DNA from: Candidatus Pacearchaeota archaeon UBA92
Lineage (GTDB): Archaea > Nanobdellota > Nanobdellia > Pacearchaeales > GW2011-AR1
Direction of reading: 5' to 3'
DNA length: 50,025 nucleotides
Assembly: GCA_002497285.1 (NCBI GenBank)
Contig: DANJ01000026.1
Location: 1-50,025, forward strand
Numbering within the stretch: the stretch's first letter is position 1; each line of letters opens with the position of its first letter. Shown here in pieces: positions 8,755 through 18,864 of this stretch. Made by a program: the position numbers and the translations under genes. The notes under the pieces were generated by a model. The model did no database searches and had not been told where the DNA came from. It worked only from the letters and a program-made list of their open reading frames with translations.

Positions 8755-8775
8755 CTAACTTTCCTTTTAACTTAA

Positions 8776-10113
8776 ATGTTAAATATTCACACTATCGGAG
8801 GTTATGATGAAGTTGGGAAAAACATGACTGCCCTTGAAACTGGAGAAGACGTATTATTATTTGATGCAGGAATTTATCTTCCTGCAGTTGTTGGAGTGCA
8901 AGAAAGAGAAAAAAATCCGACTGAAAAATGGATGAGGGAAATAGGGGCTTTGCCAGACGATTTATATTTAGATAAAAAGAATTTGAGAAATAAAGTAAGA
9001 GGAATATTAGTTTCTCATGCACATCTAGACCACATAGGCGCAGTGCCTTATTTAGGCCCAAGATATAAGTGTCCAGTAGCTGCACCTCAATTCACAATAG
9101 AGGTATTAAAGAAATTATTGGAAGATAATCGGAATGGGATACCTAATCGCATGATGTCTGTAAAGCCAAACGATTCAATAACGATAAAAGGCAAAGAAAA
9201 TTATAAGGTTGAATTTGTCAACATAACTCACTCAACAATTCAATCAACCATGATTGCAGTTCACACAAAATCAGGAGTAGTCCTTTATGCGAACGATTAC
9301 AAGTTTGACAATACTCCAACATTTGGTGATAAGCCAAATTATCAAAGATTAAAACAATTGTCAAAGATTGGAATAAAGGCTCTAATTGTTGACTGTCTTT
9401 ATGCTAATGATGATAGAAAAACCCCTTCTGAGAGAATAGCCAGAGGTTTATTAGAAGATGTTCTTTTCACAACAGAAAATTATAAATCGGGCATGGTAAT
9501 CACAACATTTTCATCCCACATAGCAAGATTAAAGACAATTGTAGAATTTGGCAAGCGTCTAGATAGAGAGGTTGTATTTTTAGGAAGAAGTTTAAACAAA
9601 TATGTCTCTGCTGCAGATGTTATTGGGAAAGCACCCTTCAAAAATCAGATACAAATTGTAAAATATCGAAGACAGATGGAAAAAGTTTTGCAAAGAATAA
9701 ATAAAAATAAAAGAAAGTATCTCATAGTTTGTACCGGTCATCAAGGAGAGCCAGGCGCAATACTTGATAGAATGTCTAGAAATCAGCTTGCTTACAAATT
9801 GTCTCCAGATGACCACGTAATCTTTTCATCCAAAACTATTCCTACTCCTGTGAATATAGAATCGCGTTCTCAGCTTGAAAAGAGACTTAAGAAATTTAAT
9901 GTTAGGATATTTGACAATGTTCATGTATCTGGGCATGGCGGACGGGAAGACTTAAGAGATTTAATAAAAATAACAAATCCAGAGCATGTTATTCCTTCTC
10001 ATGGGGATTTGAAAAAAACAGAAGCTGGAATGAATTTAGCAATAGAGATGGGTTATAAAAAAAATTATAATGTTCATTTAATGACTAATGGTAAGAATTT
10101 AACTTTAAAATGA
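8776..10113 (+). CDS. rnj: Archaeal RNase J (metallo-beta-lactamase / beta-CASP)
   Basis: GGYDEVGKNMT, VSHAHLDHIGAVPYL, and the C-terminal beta-CASP motifs HVSGHGGREDL and PSHGD. The ~445 aa size is typical of aRNase J. Confidence 0.85.
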   Translation: MLNIHTIGGYDEVGKNMTALETGEDVLLFDAGIYLPAVVGVQEREKNPTEKWMREIGALPDDLYLDKKNLRNKVRGILVSHAHLDHIGAVPYLGPRYKCPVAAPQFTIEVLKKLLEDNRNGIPNRMMSVKPNDSITIKGKENYKVEFVNITHSTIQSTMIAVHTKSGVVLYANDYKFDNTPTFGDKPNYQRLKQLSKIGIKALIVDCLYANDDRKTPSERIARGLLEDVLFTTENYKSGMVITTFSSHIARLKTIVEFGKRLDREVVFLGRSLNKYVSAADVIGKAPFKNQIQIVKYRRQMEKVLQRINKNKRKYLIVCTGHQGEPGAILDRMSRNQLAYKLSPDDHVIFSSKTIPTPVNIESRSQLEKRLKKFNVRIFDNVHVSGHGGREDLRDLIKITNPEHVIPSHGDLKKTEAGMNLAIEMGYKKNYNVHLMTNGKNLTLK

Positions 10114-10511
10114 GGCAGGACATATATGGAGGGCTAAAAAATGCCGTTGAAAAAGGAGACGACTTGGAATCAGCAGTTAGATCTTTTATCAATGCAGGTT
10201 ATCCAGAAGCAGAGGTAAGGGATGCGGCTCAAGCTCTCTCAGGTTCAACAGCAGGTCATTCAATAGTTTCTCAAACAACAGTTTCTTCAACAGTTCCACA
10301 AACAATAAGTCATTCAACAGGAACCAAAAGCCCAGAAAATCGTCAACAGGTACAATCGAATCTAGTAAGGTCCATTGAAACAGATAGACGTAAAGGAACA
10401 GACTGGGGGCTTATAGTTTTAGGCTCAGTATTGTTTATCCTCATAATTGTTCTTATAACTTCTATCTTTTTCAAGACACAGATAATAGATTTTTTCTCTA
10501 GTTTAATATGA
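10110..10511 (+). CDS. Hypothetical protein: small helical N-domain, S/T-rich linker, C-terminal TM
   Basis: Start overlaps the rnj stop (ATGA). C-terminal TM WGLIVLGSVLFILIIVLITSIFF. No recognisable family. Confidence 0.6.
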   Translation: MRQDIYGGLKNAVEKGDDLESAVRSFINAGYPEAEVRDAAQALSGSTAGHSIVSQTTVSSTVPQTISHSTGTKSPENRQQVQSNLVRSIETDRRKGTDWGLIVLGSVLFILIIVLITSIFFKTQIIDFFSSLI

Positions 10512-11056
10512 TTTACCAACCTTCAGACGATTCTTATTTATTAGAAAGCCAAGTCAAGAAATATGCTCAAAATAAATCATGTTTAGATATGGGTTCTGGA
10601 TCAGGCATTTTAGCGGAAGCCTGCAGAAAAGCCCAGGCCTCTTCAGTCCTGGCAGTAGATATTAACCCAGAATCTGTAAAATATCTAAAAGATAAATTCA
10701 GAAATACAAATATTAAAATAATCAAATCCAATCTCTTTCAAAAAGTAAAAGGCAAATTCGATTTAATCATCTTCAACCCGCCTTATCTTCCCCTAGATGC
10801 CATAGAACCAAAAGATTCTAGGTTAGCTACTACTGGGGGAAAGAAAGGAGATGAAATAAGTCTAAAATTTCTAAATCAAGCAAAAATTCATATGAATAAA
10901 GATTCTATTATCATCCTATTGCTCTCATCTCTTACACAGAAAATTAGAATAATTGCCCTTTTATCAAAATTATCTCTCAAAAATAAAATCCTTGCAGAAA
11001 AGAGGCTTTTTATGGAAAAATTGGAAGTCTGGGAAATTAAACACAATAATCAATAA
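10508..11056 (+). CDS. HemK/Mtq2-like N5-glutamine (NPPY) methyltransferase
   Basis: YQPSDDSYLL start, SAM motif LDMGSGSGILA, catalytic IIFNPPYLP. The ~180 aa size matches archaeal Mtq2-type methylases. Confidence 0.75.
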   Translation: MIYQPSDDSYLLESQVKKYAQNKSCLDMGSGSGILAEACRKAQASSVLAVDINPESVKYLKDKFRNTNIKIIKSNLFQKVKGKFDLIIFNPPYLPLDAIEPKDSRLATTGGKKGDEISLKFLNQAKIHMNKDSIIILLLSSLTQKIRIIALLSKLSLKNKILAEKRLFMEKLEVWEIKHNNQ

Positions 11057-11080
11057 ATACCCTCCCAAACGCAGATTATT

Positions 11081-12229
11081 ATGAGGTTTGCACATCTTGG
11101 CGACTGCCATCTTGGAGGCTGGAAAATTCCTGAATTAAGACAACTAAATCTTGAAGCCTTTGTATATGCAGTTGACACAATAATAAAAGAGAAACTAGAC
11201 TTTGTCTTAATCGCAGGAGATTTATTTGATTCAGCATATCCGCCAATTGAAACAATTAAGGACACGTTTAATGAATTCAGAAAATTGAAAGAAGCGAACA
11301 TACCGGTATTCTTAATTGCTGGAAGCCACGATTATTCAGCAACAGGGAAATCATTTTTGGATGTTTTAGAAAAAGCAGGTTTTGTGAAAAACGTATTTAT
11401 TTCAGAAGAAAAAAATCAATTTATCTATCTTCAGCCAACAATTTACAAGAATGTAGCAATATATGGTTATCCAGGAAAAAAATCAGGTTTGGAAGTTTCT
11501 GAAATTGAAAGAATAAAGCTTCAGGACTCTCCAGGTCTATTCAGAATATTGATGCTTCACACCGCGATTAGAGATGCAGTAAAAATTCTTCCAATTCCTG
11601 CGGTAGATCAAGATTCTCTTCCTAAAGTAGACTATCTCGCATTAGCCCATTTACATATTACCTATAACAAGAATAATAGGGTCTATTGTGGTCCAACATT
11701 TCCTAACAATTCAGAAGAATTAGAAGAACTGCAAGGAGGTTCTTTCTATATCATTAGTACAGAAGGGAAAATAGAAAGAATTGAGATAAAATCTAAACAA
11801 ATTATAGTTCTAAACTTTTCAATTACCAATGCAATTTCAGCAACCGATGAAATATTGGAAGAACTAAAAAAATTAGATTTGAAAGATAAAATAATCATCT
11901 TAAAACTTTCAGGAAGAATAGATGTAGGAAAAACAACAGACATAAAACTGAACGAAATAGAAGAATTCACAAGAAAAAACGGAGCTTATGTGTTATTAAA
12001 AAGCACATCAAAATTATTTCCAATAGAATCAGATATAGAAATTGAAATACAGTCTGAAGATATGGAAGATAAAATAATCAAGCTATTCAGTGAAAAAAAC
12101 CCCCATGATTTAAATTTCTTATCTTCTTCATTAATTTCTCTACTCGAAGTTGAAAAAAAAGAAGAAGAAACCGCAAACACTTTCGAAGAGAGAATTTTTT
12201 CGGAAGCCAGGAAGGTCCTAGAAATATGA
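11081..12229 (+). CDS. mre11: DNA double-strand break repair nuclease Mre11
   Basis: Phosphoesterase motifs FAHLGDCHLG, IAGDLFD, AGSHD, LMLHT, LAHLH. It overlaps rad50 by 4 nt. Confidence 0.9.
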   Translation: MRFAHLGDCHLGGWKIPELRQLNLEAFVYAVDTIIKEKLDFVLIAGDLFDSAYPPIETIKDTFNEFRKLKEANIPVFLIAGSHDYSATGKSFLDVLEKAGFVKNVFISEEKNQFIYLQPTIYKNVAIYGYPGKKSGLEVSEIERIKLQDSPGLFRILMLHTAIRDAVKILPIPAVDQDSLPKVDYLALAHLHITYNKNNRVYCGPTFPNNSEELEELQGGSFYIISTEGKIERIEIKSKQIIVLNFSITNAISATDEILEELKKLDLKDKIIILKLSGRIDVGKTTDIKLNEIEEFTRKNGAYVLLKSTSKLFPIESDIEIEIQSEDMEDKIIKLFSEKNPHDLNFLSSSLISLLEVEKKEEETANTFEERIFSEARKVLEI

Positions 12230-14271
12230 AGTTAAAAAAAATTTACTTAGAAAATATAAGAAGTTACAAGTCAGGAGAAATTGTCTTTCCAGAAGGTTCC
12301 ATCCTTTTATCCGGAGACATAGGTTCTGGAAAAACAACCGTTCTTTTAGCTATCTCATTTGCCCTATTTGGCCTCCAACCAGGTCAGAAAGGCTCCTCTT
12401 TGCTTGCAAGTTCGGCGAGTGAAGCAAAGGTAATACTAGATTTAGAAATAAATGAAACCAAAGTAACCATCGAAAGAAATTTAAAAAAATCTGAAAAATC
12501 AATTACTCAAGATTCTTGTACAATAACAATTGATGGAGAAAGAAGCGAATTGGCAGTTACAGAACTGAAGGCAAAAATTCTTGAGCTTCTAAATTATCCT
12601 CTTGAATTTGTAAAGAAGACAAACACCCTTTACAATTATACGGTTTACTCTCCTCAAGAGCAAATGAAACAGATTATCCTTGAAGACCCGGAATCCAGAT
12701 TAAATGTTCTAAGACATATTTTCGGAATAGACAAGTACAAAAGAATAAGGGAGAATCTATCTATTATAACTGCAAAGCTAAGAGAAAAATCGAGAGTCCT
12801 TCAGTACGAAATAAGAGATCTCGAAGAAAGCAAGATTTCCCTATCCTCTCAAAAAGAATTTATCAAATTGCTTTTAGAAAAAATAAATGAGAAGGATAAA
12901 GAATTAATAGAAAAAGTAAAGATCAGAAAAAATATCGAAAATGAGCTAAACAATCTTGATGAAAAGATTACAGAAAAAAATACCTTTGAAAAAGAAATAG
13001 AGAAAACAACAATTGCTTTAACCTATAAATCTAGAGAGAAATCTCTTATTGAAAAAGAATTAACAGGAATTGCAAAAAAGATTAAGGAAACTCCCCAATT
13101 CATTGAATCCGAATTGTCCGAATTAATTTCAGAGATTGGAAAAACAAAATCCAATATTAATGCTCTGAATAACCACATAATCGAAGCATCTGCACAAATA
13201 AGTTCTCTCGAGAGCAGACAAAAAGAAGACCTCGAAAAAAAGGCCAGAATTTTTAAGATAGATATGTGTCCAACCTGTCTTCAGAATGTATCCGATTCAC
13301 ACAAAAATAACATACTAAACGAAACTGAAAAACAGTTAGTAGAAACCAAGAACCAGCTAAAAAATCTTAGTATTAAAAATAAGGATTTTATTTCCTCATT
13401 TGAAAAAGGGAAGACATATATTGAAACTCTTGACAATCGCCGGAGAGAATTAGAGATTATTAAAGTAAAATTTTCCGAAATGGAATCCTCGAAACTATCT
13501 CTTCAATCAATGGAAAAACAAAAGCAATCTTTGGAAAACGATTCAGATCTGCTGGAAAAACATATCTCTAGTCTAAAGCAATCAGTTCTTGAATTCTCCA
13601 AGTATGAAAATCTTTATTCTCTTAAATATTCAGAATTGAAAATAGCTTTCAATACAGAAAAAAATGTAGAAATTGAACTTGCAGAGTTAAAAAAAGAATT
13701 AGAGTTAACTAAGAAAAACGTAATTCTATTTGAGTCAAAAATAGATGAAAAAGAAGACTCCAAGAACAGATTATCAAAGATACTAGAAACAGAGCAATGG
13801 CTTTCTTCATCTTTCTCAAATCTTATAGTATTCATAGAAAAAAATATAATGTTTAGACTTAAAAAAGAATTTTCACATCTATTCAATAAATGGTTTTCCT
13901 TACTCACAACAGATTCTTTCTATGTAAACTTAGATGAAACTTTCACCCCAATAATAAATCAGGGAGATTATGAATTGGATTATGCTTTTCTTTCGGGAGG
14001 GGAAAGGACCGCAGTTGCCTTGGCTTATAGGCTAGCATTAAATCAGATAATCAACTCTTTGTTCAGCAAAATAAACACAAGAGATTTGGTTATTTTAGAT
14101 GAGCCAACAGATGGATTTTCCTCACAACAATTAGATAAAATAAGAGACATCCTACAAGAGTTAGATATACGCCAGCTTATAATAGTCTCTCACGAGCCAC
14201 AGATAGAAGGTTTTGTAGATAACGTTATCCGAATAAAGAAGGAAAATGGCGAGTCAAAGATTGTTGAGTAA
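12226..14271 (+). CDS. rad50: DNA double-strand break repair ATPase Rad50 (short coiled coil)
   Basis: Walker A GDIGSGKTT, zinc hook CPTC mid-protein, signature LSGGE, Walker B LVILDEPTDG. It is 681 aa. Confidence 0.9.
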   Translation: MKLKKIYLENIRSYKSGEIVFPEGSILLSGDIGSGKTTVLLAISFALFGLQPGQKGSSLLASSASEAKVILDLEINETKVTIERNLKKSEKSITQDSCTITIDGERSELAVTELKAKILELLNYPLEFVKKTNTLYNYTVYSPQEQMKQIILEDPESRLNVLRHIFGIDKYKRIRENLSIITAKLREKSRVLQYEIRDLEESKISLSSQKEFIKLLLEKINEKDKELIEKVKIRKNIENELNNLDEKITEKNTFEKEIEKTTIALTYKSREKSLIEKELTGIAKKIKETPQFIESELSELISEIGKTKSNINALNNHIIEASAQISSLESRQKEDLEKKARIFKIDMCPTCLQNVSDSHKNNILNETEKQLVETKNQLKNLSIKNKDFISSFEKGKTYIETLDNRRRELEIIKVKFSEMESSKLSLQSMEKQKQSLENDSDLLEKHISSLKQSVLEFSKYENLYSLKYSELKIAFNTEKNVEIELAELKKELELTKKNVILFESKIDEKEDSKNRLSKILETEQWLSSSFSNLIVFIEKNIMFRLKKEFSHLFNKWFSLLTTDSFYVNLDETFTPIINQGDYELDYAFLSGGERTAVALAYRLALNQIINSLFSKINTRDLVILDEPTDGFSSQQLDKIRDILQELDIRQLIIVSHEPQIEGFVDNVIRIKKENGESKIVE

Positions 14272-14272
14272 A

Positions 14273-14560
14273 ATGAAAGAAGATGTTAATAAAGAGCTAT
14301 TAAAAAAGGCAGATGAATTGTTGAGTTATACTGATAGAGAGATAATTGCTCTTGCTCTAAGTAAAAACGACAAATGGGCTGAAAATTATCTAACTCTTAT
14401 GAACGTTAAATTAAGAGCAAGTCTTGAAAGACTTAATAAGCTAATAGCAAAATCTGAAAAATCAGCCAAGTTTAACTTTTGGATAAACCTCGCACTTACT
14501 ATTGCCCTTGGTTTAGCAACAATTTTTATCGGAATTATACCTCTTGTTAGGGCTGGATAG
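14273..14560 (+). CDS. Small hypothetical membrane protein
   Basis: ATG 14273 lies 1 nt after the rad50 stop (the track start at 14246 is inside rad50). C-terminal TM FWINLALTIALGLATIFIGIIPL. Confidence 0.5.
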   Translation: MKEDVNKELLKKADELLSYTDREIIALALSKNDKWAENYLTLMNVKLRASLERLNKLIAKSEKSAKFNFWINLALTIALGLATIFIGIIPLVRAG

Positions 14561-14623
14561 GTGATTTTAACCTAAGAAGCTAGTTTATTAATGAATCCCT
14601 CAAAAGTTTTTGTTAGCAAAAAC

Positions 14624-14631
14624 TTTAAATA
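14624..14631 (+). promoter_or_regulatory. BRE/TATA promoter for psmB-aCPSF1
   Basis: aaaactttaaatacc: TATA tttaaata preceded by an A-rich BRE, ~33 nt upstream of ATG 14664. Confidence 0.45.
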
Positions 14632-14663
14632 CCAACTATTTCTAAGAATGGTATAGAGGTTCT

Positions 14664-15326
14664 ATGGTTTTTATGAACGAAGAAATTAGCAAGTCAATAC
14701 TTAAATCAAACACAAGCTTAGTTGGAATTGTATGTAAAGACGGAGTTGTTCTTGGAGCAGATAGGCGTTCGACTGCAGGAAATATAGTTATGAACAAGGC
14801 CTCAGAAAAAATTCACAAGGTGAACGAATATCTTGCTGCTTCTTATACAGGCAGTGTTTCAGATATTCAATTAACCGGGAAAGTTCTTGCAGCAGAATTA
14901 AGGCTTAAATCTCTAAAAACTAGATCAAGGCCTACTGTAAAAGAGGCAGCGAGCCTTTTGGCTATGATGATTTACAGGAATATAAGAACACCTTCAATGG
15001 TTCCAAGCATTGTCGGAACACTAATAGCAGGTTTTGATGAGGATGGGACTGCTTCCCTTTATACTATAGAACCCGCAGGTTCAGCAACCAAAGTTACCGA
15101 CTTCGATGCAAACTTTTCTTCAGGAATGCCCTACATTCTTGGTTTATTAGAAAGACAATGGAAAAAAGACATGACTATCCAGCAGGGAGTAGAATTAGCA
15201 AAAGAAGCAATAAAAGCATCAACTCAAAGAGATACAGGTTCTGGAAATGGAATAGATGTTTTCACAATAACAAAAGATGGAATAAAACATGTAGTCTCTC
15301 AGGAAATTACAGCAACTTACAACTAA
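14664..15326 (+). CDS. psmB: Proteasome subunit beta (with short propeptide)
   Basis: ..KSNTSLVGIVCKDGVVLGADRRSTAG.. is the N-terminal nucleophile Thr context. About 220 aa. Confidence 0.9.
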   Translation: MVFMNEEISKSILKSNTSLVGIVCKDGVVLGADRRSTAGNIVMNKASEKIHKVNEYLAASYTGSVSDIQLTGKVLAAELRLKSLKTRSRPTVKEAASLLAMMIYRNIRTPSMVPSIVGTLIAGFDEDGTASLYTIEPAGSATKVTDFDANFSSGMPYILGLLERQWKKDMTIQQGVELAKEAIKASTQRDTGSGNGIDVFTITKDGIKHVVSQEITATYN

Positions 15327-15327
15327 A

Positions 15328-17217
15328 ATGCCCGATATCTTAAAGAATATAGAACAAGAATTACCTAAAGGAGTAATAAGTGAACTGATTTTTGAAGGGG
15401 CAAACATAGTTCTTTATACAGACAACAAAGATTTTTTTAAAACAGGGGAAGATAAAATAAAAGATATTGTAAACAGAATAAAGAAAAGAATAGAACTAAG
15501 GGCAGATAAGAAAATTCTCGCTTCTGAAATAGAAACCGAAAAGACAATACGTGCATTGATATCAGAGGAAGCAGAAATAACAAGTATCATATTTGACGTA
15601 CAGAGAAGCACAGTAGTAGTTGAGGCAAAAAAACCGGGGATGGTTATAGGAAAACAAGGTTCCATCTTAAATGACATTAAATCTTCAACAATGTGGTCTC
15701 CTGTTGTTCAAAGAAGTCCAGCAATACCTTCAAAGATAACTGAAAAAATCCGTTCTGTTTTATACGCTAACAATAATTATAGGAAAAAATTTCTTAGTGA
15801 GATAGGTCAGAAAATTTACAAAGACTGGAACCCCGAAAAAATGGACATGTGGGTTAGAGTAACATATCTAGGAAGTGGAAGACAAGTTGGACGTTCATGT
15901 CTTTTGTTACAAACACCAAATTCTAAGATACTCTTGGATTGTGGGATAAATCCAGGAATATCAGATGGTCCCGAAAGGTTTCCATATATGAATGTTGCAG
16001 AAGTTGGAGATTTAAATACACTAGATGCGATTATTCTTTCTCACGCTCACACAGACCACTCTGCTTTAATTCCATATCTTTACAAAATGGGCTATACTGG
16101 TCCAGTTTATCTGACGGCTCCAACTAGGGACATTTCTGCTCTCTTAGCTTTAGATTTCGTAGGTGTAGCCTATAAACAGGCAGAAGCCCCTCTATTCAAA
16201 GCAGAAAACATAAAAGATATGGTAAAACATTCTATTTGCCTTAATTACAACGAAGTTCATGATATAACTCCAGATATAAGAATAACTTTCTATAATGCAG
16301 GACATGTTTTAGGCTCAGCCCAAGTTCACATAAATATAGGGAATGGTTTGCACAACTTTGTTTATACAGCAGACACAAATTACAGAAAGACTCGCCTTCT
16401 TGATCCCGCAGTAAATAAATATCCAAGAGCAGAAACCGTAACTCTCGAAGCCACATATGGTTCGAAAGACAATATTTTACCTCCAAGAAAAGATGTTGAA
16501 GAAGAATTCATTAAATTAGCAAACGAAACTATAAAAAACGGGGGGAAAATTCTTCTTCCTGAACTAGGATTAGGTCACGCTCAGGAATCAATATTAAGAC
16601 TTGAAGAAGCAGTAAGGACAGGAAAACTTCCAGAGATCCCAGTTTACTTGGATGGAATGTTGTGGGATATAACTGCAATCCATACAGCTTATCCAGACTT
16701 CCTATCTGCCTCAGTAAGAAATCAAATATTTCAGGACAATAATCCATTTATTTCTCCAATACTTAAAAGAGTTGGCTCACCAATAGAGAGAAAGCAGATA
16801 ATAGAAGGGGGCCCATGTGTGATAATCGCAACTTCAGGAATGTTAGTCGGAGGAGCATCTGTGGAATATTTGAAACACTTAGCGGACAACCCAAAGAATC
16901 TTCTTGTTTTTGGTTGTTATCAAGCCGTGGGTTCATTAGGAAGGCAGATACAAGAAGGAAATCAAATAGTAAAATTAAAGGATTCAAATGAAAGCGTGAA
17001 AATAAATATGCAGGTAAAAACAATGAATGGACTTTCAGCTCACTCTGGAAGGGGAGATTTAATGCAATTCATAAACAGGATGAGCCCAAGACCTAAGAAG
17101 ATAATCATAAATCACGGTGAAGTTTCAAGGTGTTTGGATTTAGCTTCATCTATATATAGAATGAACAGAATTGAAACCGTCGTCCCAAGAAATTTAGAGA
17201 CGATTAGACTGAAGTAA
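15328..17217 (+). CDS. aCPSF1 (KH-KH + metallo-beta-lactamase + beta-CASP ribonuclease; archaeal termination factor family)
   Basis: N-terminal KH motif (GMVIGKQGS), LSHAHTDHSALIPYL, SAHSGRGDL, INHGE. It is 629 aa. Confidence 0.9.
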   Translation: MPDILKNIEQELPKGVISELIFEGANIVLYTDNKDFFKTGEDKIKDIVNRIKKRIELRADKKILASEIETEKTIRALISEEAEITSIIFDVQRSTVVVEAKKPGMVIGKQGSILNDIKSSTMWSPVVQRSPAIPSKITEKIRSVLYANNNYRKKFLSEIGQKIYKDWNPEKMDMWVRVTYLGSGRQVGRSCLLLQTPNSKILLDCGINPGISDGPERFPYMNVAEVGDLNTLDAIILSHAHTDHSALIPYLYKMGYTGPVYLTAPTRDISALLALDFVGVAYKQAEAPLFKAENIKDMVKHSICLNYNEVHDITPDIRITFYNAGHVLGSAQVHINIGNGLHNFVYTADTNYRKTRLLDPAVNKYPRAETVTLEATYGSKDNILPPRKDVEEEFIKLANETIKNGGKILLPELGLGHAQESILRLEEAVRTGKLPEIPVYLDGMLWDITAIHTAYPDFLSASVRNQIFQDNNPFISPILKRVGSPIERKQIIEGGPCVIIATSGMLVGGASVEYLKHLADNPKNLLVFGCYQAVGSLGRQIQEGNQIVKLKDSNESVKINMQVKTMNGLSAHSGRGDLMQFINRMSPRPKKIIINHGEVSRCLDLASSIYRMNRIETVVPRNLETIRLK

Positions 17218-17227
17218 TTTTTTCCAA

Positions 17228-17758
17228 ATGAAAAAGAAAATTGTATTTTTTGATGGAGATGGCACGATTTGGTATCCAAAAAGAACTAAGTGGAAAGAAG
17301 GACCTTGGTGGATTTACAAGGATAAAGAAACCAGCACAGATTCAAAATTCCATCTAGTTTTAACACCAACTGCCCACTCTACATTAAAGAAACTAAAAAC
17401 CCAGGGAATTATTCTAATTTTATTATCCACTCATCCACATTCTCCAAGAGAAGCAAAGTTAATAATAGATGAGAAAGTCAGGCATTTTAATCTAAAGAAT
17501 ATTTTTGATGAAGTACATGCTACAAGAGAATATCATCATTCAAAAGGAGAGTTTATACTTAAAATATTAAATAAAAGAAAAATACCAAAATCACAAGCAC
17601 TAATGGTAGGAGATCATTATCTTTGGGATTATAAACCTGCAAGAGATGTTGGAATAGATGCTTTATTAATCAAAACAGATTACACAAAATTCCAAAAAAA
17701 TGGAAATAGAATTAAAAAAACTATAAGAAAAATAAAAGAAATACTAAATTATGTTTGA
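17228..17758 (+). CDS. HAD-superfamily hydrolase
   Basis: Motif I FFDGDGTIW, motif II LLSTHP, motif III-like MVGDHYLWD. Confidence 0.7.
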   Translation: MKKKIVFFDGDGTIWYPKRTKWKEGPWWIYKDKETSTDSKFHLVLTPTAHSTLKKLKTQGIILILLSTHPHSPREAKLIIDEKVRHFNLKNIFDEVHATREYHHSKGEFILKILNKRKIPKSQALMVGDHYLWDYKPARDVGIDALLIKTDYTKFQKNGNRIKKTIRKIKEILNYV

Positions 17759-17842
17759 TAATAGTTTTCACAACAATTAAAAACTCTCATTCCTAATGAA
17801 AATAAATAGACTAGAATTGTTCTGGGTTTCTTTGACTCCTAG

Positions 17843-17863
17843 AACTTTCTTTTCAAGAAAGTT
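17843..17863 (+). promoter_or_regulatory. Perfect 9-bp hairpin/palindrome 5 nt upstream of the presenilin-like gene
   Basis: aactttctt-ttc-aagaaagtt at 17843..17863; the ATG is at 17869. Confidence 0.3.
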
Positions 17864-17868
17864 GTAGA

Positions 17869-18789
17869 ATGAAACACACAAAAAAAGTAACCTTAATTTT
17901 GATAGGAATGTTTTTCATTGCTCAATTAATAGGCATATTTGTTGCAAGCGCATATCTTCCTCAAGTATCTACAGTAACAAACCAGACGACAGGAGAATCA
18001 GAAATAGTAAAAGACTACAATCTCCCATATGGATTTAATCCACCACAGGAGATAAGTCCTGTATCAGCAACAACCTCTATAATAATCGCTCTGATAATCG
18101 CAGTATCTCTAATGCTATTGCTTATGAAATTAAAAGCAGAAGTTTTTCTAAGACTATGGTTTTTCGTCGTTATAACGATAGGAATAGCCCTCGCACTAAA
18201 TGCTTTCATAATAAAAATTCCTTACGCAGCAATAATCTCTTTAATTATAGCCTTGCCCCTAGCAATACTAAAAGTTTTCAAAAGAAACATCATAGTGCAT
18301 AATCTCACAGAATTATTTATCTATCCAGGAATCGCAACGGTATTCATTCCATTGCTTTCAGTTTGGACGATTGTCTTACTTTTAATTATAATTTCCTTAT
18401 ATGATATGTACGCAGTCTGGCATGCAGGATTTATGCAGAAAATGGCAAAATATCAAATGGAACAAGTCAAAGTATTTCCAGGGTTCTTTGTCCCTTACAT
18501 TGGAAAGAAAGACAGAGTTTTACTGAAAGAAGCAAAAAAGTCAAAGAAAGAAAGCAAGGTTAGAGTTAGTGTCGCAATCCTTGGAGGCGGAGATGTAGTA
18601 TTTCCAATAATTCTTGCAGGAGTTGTTTTGAATTATCTTGGATTAATCCAAGCTTTAATAATCGCTATTGGAGGAACAATCGCTCTTGGCTTCCTATTCT
18701 ATAAGTCAGAAAAAGGCAAGTTCTATCCTGCAATGCCTTTCATAACAGCAGGATTACTTATCGCTCTCGGGATTGCTTACCTGATTTAA
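17869..18789 (+). CDS. Presenilin/signal-peptide-peptidase-type intramembrane aspartyl protease (A22 family, archaeal PSH-like)
   Basis: About 9 TM segments. The YD motif (SLYDMYAVW) and GxGD motif (LGGGDVVFP) are separated by a Lys-rich loop. A PAL-like YPAMPF lies near the C-terminus. Confidence 0.75.
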   Translation: MKHTKKVTLILIGMFFIAQLIGIFVASAYLPQVSTVTNQTTGESEIVKDYNLPYGFNPPQEISPVSATTSIIIALIIAVSLMLLLMKLKAEVFLRLWFFVVITIGIALALNAFIIKIPYAAIISLIIALPLAILKVFKRNIIVHNLTELFIYPGIATVFIPLLSVWTIVLLLIIISLYDMYAVWHAGFMQKMAKYQMEQVKVFPGFFVPYIGKKDRVLLKEAKKSKKESKVRVSVAILGGGDVVFPIILAGVVLNYLGLIQALIIAIGGTIALGFLFYKSEKGKFYPAMPFITAGLLIALGIAYLI

Positions 18790-18864
18790 ATTTTCTTTTG
18801 AACTTTTGAATTCTAGATATGCCCTAAGTTGATCTTCTAGAGTTCCAGTTCTGAATTCTATATC

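Noticed and set aside
17869-18789. The GxGD membrane protease, considered as the missing prepilin peptidase (PibD/FlaK) for the pilus locus.
   Set aside because: The motif arrangement (YD in one TM, GGGD in the next after a long basic loop, a PAL-like motif near the C-terminus, ~9 TMs, 306 aa) fits presenilin/SPP-type A22 proteases rather than A24 prepilin peptidases. It is also 15 kb from the pilus genes.
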